From positions 1 to 64,000 of the forward strand of contig JASFQK010000038.1 in NCBI GenBank assembly GCA_050115495.1: a stretch of DNA of 64,000 bases, given 5' to 3'. This stretch comes from Phycisphaerae bacterium. GTDB taxonomy: Bacteria; Planctomycetota; Phycisphaerae; UBA1845; Fen-1342. Every line of letters starts with the position of its first letter. Position 1 is the first letter of the stretch. The position numbers were made by a program, and so were the translations under genes. Below the pieces are notes generated by a model. The model was not told the origin of the DNA. It did no database searches and worked only from the letters and a program-made list of their open reading frames with translations. Below, in pieces: positions 58,815 through 64,000 of the stretch.

Positions 58815-60293
58815 CTACGCGTTCGCGTAGCGCGTCTCCACGAGCATGCGCCGCAACTGTACCAACCACAGCAACAGCGCTGCGACCGCCGGCACGCACA
58901 TCGCCACCGCGACGATCATCCCGCGCTCGACCGGTCCCAGCAGCGGCAGGTTCACTTCGCGCCCCATCCCCGTCAGTCCCTGCACCCAGTCGATGCCCCA
59001 CGCCGCGAGCATGCCGAGCACCACCGCCAGCGCCAGCCCCGCCGCCGAGTAGCACAGCACGACGCCGCGCCGCGTCGCCTCTCGAAAGCCAAACCCCGTA
59101 ACCACCAGCCCCACGGCCAGCAACCCGCCCAGGAAACACAGGCCGGCGGCCAGACCAATCGTGACGAGGACCATCTCCCAGCGCAGGCACTGCCAGTTCA
59201 TCGGCGGTGGGGCGAGCTCATACCACGCGTACGTCGCCTGCATGACAGGTGAGCCGAACGGGTCGTCGTCGCCCACCACCCACGGTGAACAACCCGCCGC
59301 AACCAGAAAGCCCACCAAGGCGGCGGTCACCAGCGCGAATCGCCGCGCCGCCTGCTGACCCCGCCACACGCACGCGGCTCGGCCAAACCGCACCGCGAAC
59401 AGCGTCTGCCAAGCCGTGCGAACATACGCCACCGTAGCCGCCACCACGCCACGGGCCTTGGCGAACGCTGGTGGTTCCCGCCGCTCCGGCAACGATTCGG
59501 CCACGGGTCGGCCGCACTCCGGGCAGCGGCCGGTGACCGGCAACGATGTCAACTCGTACGCGCATTTCTCACAACGCAGCACACGCGGCGTCCAGCCCGG
59601 TCCCACCGCCGGCCCGCCGTGTCGACTCCCCAGCTGCAACAGGACGCTCAGCCACCAGGCAGCGCCGAGCAGCAACGCCAGCCCTCGGATCGCCGGTACC
59701 AGGAACATCGCCTCCAGTCTCAGCGCCAGCCGCGTTGCGGGTCCCAACAGGAACGCCAATACTAGCGTACACGCAGAACTCCACAACAGCAGCTTCACGC
59801 AGCGCACGTAAAGTCGCCCCCGCGACTCACCCGCAGCCAGCATGGGCATAAGCGCCACCGCTACCAGCCAGACCGCCACCTGGGTCCCGAGTATGCCGAG
59901 GCCAATTTCCGTCATTGTCCAGACGGCCGAACCCGTGTGGAACAGCAGCGCGAACCCCGCCAGCGGCCGCCGGACCTGCTCGGCAAACGTGCGCTCGTAC
60001 GAGGGAAGTCCGTGCGGCGGTGGGCTGTCCGTCTTCTCCCACAGATCAGCGAACTGCACGCCCAGAACCAGGATCAGACTGACCAAGTGCACGACGTAGG
60101 CCGCCGTCCAGCCTGACGCCGCTAGATGCGGACCCATCCGCCGGGGAAACACCAGCGCCACCAGCGCCGCCGGCGGGGCCAGCAGCCAGGGAATCCGCCA
60201 GGCCCGCACCACCGGCGTAGCCGGCAGCGCCGGAAACGTCCCGGGCACGCGCTCCACGGCGGCCTCTGGACTATTAGAGTTCGGCGCAGACAT
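58815..60293 (-). CDS. Multi-pass membrane protein with central zinc ribbon
   Basis: Two TM blocks separated by CEKCAYELTSLPVTGRCPECG. Confidence 0.75.
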   Translation of the reverse strand: MSAPNSNSPEAAVERVPGTFPALPATPVVRAWRIPWLLAPPAALVALVFPRRMGPHLAASGWTAAYVVHLVSLILVLGVQFADLWEKTDSPPPHGLPSYERTFAEQVRRPLAGFALLFHTGSAVWTMTEIGLGILGTQVAVWLVAVALMPMLAAGESRGRLYVRCVKLLLWSSACTLVLAFLLGPATRLALRLEAMFLVPAIRGLALLLGAAWWLSVLLQLGSRHGGPAVGPGWTPRVLRCEKCAYELTSLPVTGRCPECGRPVAESLPERREPPAFAKARGVVAATVAYVRTAWQTLFAVRFGRAACVWRGQQAARRFALVTAALVGFLVAAGCSPWVVGDDDPFGSPVMQATYAWYELAPPPMNWQCLRWEMVLVTIGLAAGLCFLGGLLAVGLVVTGFGFREATRRGVVLCYSAAGLALAVVLGMLAAWGIDWVQGLTGMGREVNLPLLGPVERGMIVAVAMCVPAVAALLLWLVQLRRMLVETRYANA

Positions 60294-60296
60294 CGG

Positions 60297-61775
60297 TCAC
60301 TTCCCCTCGTCGAGGCGGGTTAGGGAGTACACGCTCGGCCCCTCGCCCACGGGGTAATCGCGCAGGAGGTCGAACAGCACACACCCCGGAATCGGCCGCT
60401 GCGACCGCAGCACGTAGCCGGCCGGTCCGCGGCGCTCGTAGACGAACGGCTCGTTCACCAGCAGGTCCAGCGGCACGGCCGGCAGATAGATCGGCACCAG
60501 TTCGGCCAGGCTGTCCGGGTACTCACCCCGGTCGTACTTGTACGCTGAGAGTGCCAGCATCACAACGGCTGCCCGGCGCCACACCACATCCAGCAGCAAC
60601 GAGCCCACCTGGGCGTAGCGCAATTGCTCGAACAAGTCGTCGACCGGCCCGTCCAGCATGTTGAACCGCGGGCGCTGCTGGAAGATGGCTTCGATCTCGG
60701 CCAGCGCGGCAATAGCGTTCAGACTGTCCACCCGCGAGACGAACCGCTCCAACCTGGACAGTTTCGTCCGCACGGCCTTCCGATCATTGAACGCCGGCGA
60801 CAGCAGGTTCCACGCCCGGTTCCGTGGCGGTGTCGGCGTCGGCGTCGATGTCGGCGTCCACGCCCGCAAGGGTGCCCCCGGCTGTTCAAACCACTGCCTC
60901 GACAACACCAGCCAACCGTTGCCGGCTCCGTCGTCTGTGTAGTGCTGGTCGAGAAACGCCTGGACCCCAGCGGTGCTCCACCCGACGCGAGCCAGCGCAT
61001 CGCTGAACCGGAAGGGCAGGTCCTCCATCAGCAAGCTGATTGTCTCCGCCGTCGGCCCGGGCGGCAGATCGCGCTCCTGCGACAGCAGAATCAACTCGGC
61101 CAGGTCCGGTTTCGAGCCGTTGGAGTAGTACCCCAGTGACCCATGCGCCTCGTCATACAACTCCCGCGCGCAGACCGCCGCCCGCAGGTCACGCAGCGCC
61201 CCGGCCGCATCATCCTTCGCCGCATGCCGCCAGCGCGCCCGCGCGACCAGGGAGTACAGCGTGTTGTAGTACGGCCTGTCGTTCCACGTTACCAGATAGT
61301 CGACACTGCCCAGATTCCGCGTCGTCCGCGCCCGCTTGCGCAGCGCTTCACATTCAGCCACGACGGCGTCGAGCACCTCAGTCGTCGTCGGTTCGGCCAG
61401 GTGGGCCTCGACGGCACGCAGTTGCTCGTTTGTCACCGGATTCCACGGTCCGCACAGGGCCACACCGAGCGATCCCCAGCACCGCCACCACGACCCATCC
61501 CGTGGATCGCCGGGGAAGTGCGGTACGTCGCCCATCGCCGTGAGCAGGGGCGCCAGCTCTTCGGACAGCGGCGCGCCGGTCGCCGGCGGCCGCCACGCCG
61601 CGGCCGGCGTCGTCGTCCAGCGCACGTAGCCGAACCAGCCCAACCACAGCAGGACGACGAGAACCACCGCCGCCCGCACCCACACCCATCGCCCCAGGCG
61701 CCGCCGTGGCCGCTTCGCCTCGTCGCTCGTGGTTACATCGTTTGGGCTTACGCCGCTGACCGCCCCATCCGCCAT
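60297..61775 (-). CDS. Membrane-anchored hypothetical protein with a pseudopilin(GspG)-like C-terminal motif
   Basis: N-terminal TM; LALSAYKYDRGEYPDSLAELVPIYLPAVP.D....PFVY. Confidence 0.65.
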   Translation of the reverse strand: MADGAVSGVSPNDVTTSDEAKRPRRRLGRWVWVRAAVVLVVLLWLGWFGYVRWTTTPAAAWRPPATGAPLSEELAPLLTAMGDVPHFPGDPRDGSWWRCWGSLGVALCGPWNPVTNEQLRAVEAHLAEPTTTEVLDAVVAECEALRKRARTTRNLGSVDYLVTWNDRPYYNTLYSLVARARWRHAAKDDAAGALRDLRAAVCARELYDEAHGSLGYYSNGSKPDLAELILLSQERDLPPGPTAETISLLMEDLPFRFSDALARVGWSTAGVQAFLDQHYTDDGAGNGWLVLSRQWFEQPGAPLRAWTPTSTPTPTPPRNRAWNLLSPAFNDRKAVRTKLSRLERFVSRVDSLNAIAALAEIEAIFQQRPRFNMLDGPVDDLFEQLRYAQVGSLLLDVVWRRAAVVMLALSAYKYDRGEYPDSLAELVPIYLPAVPLDLLVNEPFVYERRGPAGYVLRSQRPIPGCVLFDLLRDYPVGEGPSVYSLTRLDEGK

Positions 61776-61954
61776 CGTCTGCCCCCATTCGGTCCGAGTC
61801 TCACCGCCACCTCCACTCGCCACAGCGCTCGGCCACCGAAGGCGCGCCATGACGCTCCACTGACAGTGCACAAGTATACCCTCTTTCTCCCATCCGCGCC
61901 GCCCGCAGCGTCCGGGCTCGGTACCGCACGTCTTCGTAACGTCCACGTCCCTTA

Positions 61955-62046
61955 TGTCCGAGCCACGACCGGCAGGGAACGGTCTGCGCAGAGGGCCGGC
62001 GTCTGCGCGCACGACCCACTCGCTACCGCTCGGGGCTCGGACAGCC
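61955..62046. repeat. 92-bp REP/MITE-like element, copy 2
   Basis: Direct-orientation copy of 58535-58626. Confidence 0.85.
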
Positions 62047-62224
62047 AGTGCGCCGCGCCCGCCAACACGCCCCCCCCGACCTCGCAACTTCTGTCTTCTG
62101 TCTTGTGGCTCCTGACTCCCCTCTCCTCCCCCCTCTCGTTGTTCGCCGATTCGCCGAACGATAGACTGGCCATCGCGGCTTGGGCGTTGATTCAAGGCCG
62201 CGATGGCGAGCTCGGAGGTGGGTC

Positions 62225-63661
62225 ATGCTGCGTGAATCGTATCCGTACTACCTCGCCGGCCGCGCCTTGCCGGCCAACACCGATCTGGCGGTGACCAACA
62301 AGTACACCGACGCCGTGGCGACGCGCGTGGCCCGAGCCGATCGGGCCGTCGTCGAACAGGCCATCGCCGCCGCCACCGAGGCGTTCGGCCAGACGCGAAA
62401 GATGCCCGCTCATCGGCGACAGGCCGTGCTGAGCCAGCTTCTGGAACAGGTGCAGCGGCGCCACGAGGAACTGGCCCACGTGCTGGCGGTCGAGGTCGGC
62501 AAGCCGATCCGCGACGCCCGCGGCGAAGTGACGCGCCTCGTCGATACGTTGCGGATCGCCGCCGAGGAGGCGGTGCGCATCGGCGGTGAATGGCTGCCGC
62601 TGGACATCAGCCCGCGGGCGGAGTCGTACCAGGCCCTGGTTCGGCGGTTTCCGATCGGGCCGTGCGCGTTCATCACGCCGTTCAACTTCCCGCTCAACCT
62701 AGCGGCCCACAAGATCGGCCCGGCCATCGCCGCCGGCTGCCCGTGGGTGCTCAAGCCGGCGTCGGCCACGCCCGTCAGCACGCTGCTGCTGGGCGAGATG
62801 CTCGCTGAGACCGACTGGCCGGCGGGGGCGTTCTCGATCCTGCCCTGTTCGGCGGTGGAGGCCGACCCACTCGTGACCGATGAGCGGATCCGCAAGCTGA
62901 GCTTCACAGGCTCGCCGGAGGTGGGCTGGCTGCTGCGCGACCGCGCCGGGCGAAAGCGCGTGACGCTCGAACTGGGCGGCAATGCAGCGTGCATCGTGGA
63001 CGCCGGCGCCGACCTGGACTACGCGGCGGAGCGAATCACGATCGGGGCGTTCTACCAGTCGGGGCAGTCATGCATCAGCGTGCAGCGCGTGCTGATCCAC
63101 GAGGATGTGTACGACGCCCTGGTCGAGCGGCTGGTGAAGCAGGCGCAGATGTTGCGCGTCGGCGATCCGTTGGACGAGCAGACGTTCCTCGGGCCGCTCA
63201 TCAGCGAAGAGGACACACAGCGCGTCCAAAGCTGGATCGACGACGCCGTCACCGCCGGGGCACGCGTGCTCTGCGGCGGTCGGCGGCAGGGGCCGTGCCT
63301 GGAGGCGACGTACCTGGCCGATGTCGATCCGCGGCAGAATGTCAGTTGTGTGGAGGTGTTCGGACCGGTGGCGACCGTGCAGCCATTCTCGAACTTCGCC
63401 GACGCGATCCGCGTGGCCAACGACAGCGCGTACGGCCTGCAATGCGGCGTGTTCACGCCCAACCTGCAACACGCGTTCTACGCCTATGAAGAGCTGGAGG
63501 TCGGCGGCGTTGTCATCAACGATGTGCCCAGCATGCGTGTGGACAGCATGCCCTACGGCGGGATCAAGGGCAGCGGCATGGGCCGCGAAGGCGTTCGCTA
63601 CGCCATCGAGGAGATGACCGAGCGCAAGCTGCTGGTCCTCAACCGTGCGGCCCAGCTCTGA
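62225..63661 (+). CDS. NAD(P)-dependent aldehyde dehydrogenase
   Basis: GGAGG RBS; ITPFNFP, LKPA, FTGS, LELGGN, GQSCIS, EVFGPV, PYGG.K.SG.GREG. Confidence 0.93.
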   Translation: MLRESYPYYLAGRALPANTDLAVTNKYTDAVATRVARADRAVVEQAIAAATEAFGQTRKMPAHRRQAVLSQLLEQVQRRHEELAHVLAVEVGKPIRDARGEVTRLVDTLRIAAEEAVRIGGEWLPLDISPRAESYQALVRRFPIGPCAFITPFNFPLNLAAHKIGPAIAAGCPWVLKPASATPVSTLLLGEMLAETDWPAGAFSILPCSAVEADPLVTDERIRKLSFTGSPEVGWLLRDRAGRKRVTLELGGNAACIVDAGADLDYAAERITIGAFYQSGQSCISVQRVLIHEDVYDALVERLVKQAQMLRVGDPLDEQTFLGPLISEEDTQRVQSWIDDAVTAGARVLCGGRRQGPCLEATYLADVDPRQNVSCVEVFGPVATVQPFSNFADAIRVANDSAYGLQCGVFTPNLQHAFYAYEELEVGGVVINDVPSMRVDSMPYGGIKGSGMGREGVRYAIEEMTERKLLVLNRAAQL

Positions 63662-63689
63662 CGGGCGGCCGGCACGTGAGCCGCGGCGG

Positions 63690-64000
63690 TCAGTCTTCGT
63701 CGCGGGCGAAGACGATCATGGCGTAGGGGCGGTCGGCGGGGTCGGCGAAGCCGAGGTGATAGCCGGGCACGCGGCCCTGGCGGAGGCAGTCGGCGTACGG
63801 TGAATTGGCGTAGACGAGCACGTGTTTGGCGTGCAGGCGCGAGAGGCGGGCGCACCAGTCGTCGATCTCCGCCGGCGACGGGCCGGGTCCGCGGGCCGGC
63901 CAGATGTCGCGCGGCGTGCCGGGCAAGTGGATGACGCGGTTGGTGTAGCGGGGGTTCCAGAGCAGACCGTGGAAGGTCATGACGTTCCAGGCGAGCGTAT
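63690..64000 (-). CDS. 3' end of a gene running in from beyond the window; product unknown
   Basis: Open minus-strand frame with host-like codon usage, convergent on the ALDH gene. Confidence 0.5.
   Translation of the reverse strand, partial: TLAWNVMTFHGLLWNPRYTNRVIHLPGTPRDIWPARGPGPSPAEIDDWCARLSRLHAKHVLVYANSPYADCLRQGRVPGYHLGFADPADRPYAMIVFARDED

Noticed and set aside
62085..62140. Pyrimidine-rich heptamer-like run (CTTCTGT CTTCTGT ...)
   Set aside because: Only 2-3 degenerate units; low-complexity sequence without enough evidence for a functional repeat

Overview
High-GC bacterial chromosome segment, most likely from a Planctomycetota (Phycisphaerae-like) organism. This is an inference from the PEP-CTERM and dockerin-rich secreted proteins, the CxxCGY...CPECG membrane protein family, topoisomerase VI-A, alternative complex III and the URO-D-family paralogs. 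From left to right: (1) the end of an integrated element, bounded by the 3' half of a tRNA-Val(CAC) (att site), followed by an NDT/TIR-like gene; (2) a two-gene operon for large secreted proteins (2.5-10.4 kb) with a helical C-terminal domain and an EspG-like repeat; (3) a 16-kb cellulosome-like cluster (14.9-31.1 kb) with two cohesin/HYR/dockerin scaffold-like proteins, a cohesin-PEP-CTERM anchor, a cohesin-dockerin adaptor, and dockerin-bearing S8 and C25 proteases; (4) glycosyltransferases; (5) an AsnRS-like catalytic core with no anticodon domain, behind two tandem leader terminators; (6) an SSS symporter lacking a canonical start codon, then HIT, DedA and a PLP trans-sulfuration enzyme; (7) three tandem Zn-ribbon membrane genes, top6A, and an actA-G operon with no oxidase genes; (8) two URO-D/MtaA-family genes with a heparinase-like secreted protein, a serine/threonine dehydratase, and an aldehyde dehydrogenase. 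Several REP/MITE-like repeats lie in the intergenic regions. All family assignments come from motif recognition by eye; no searches were run.
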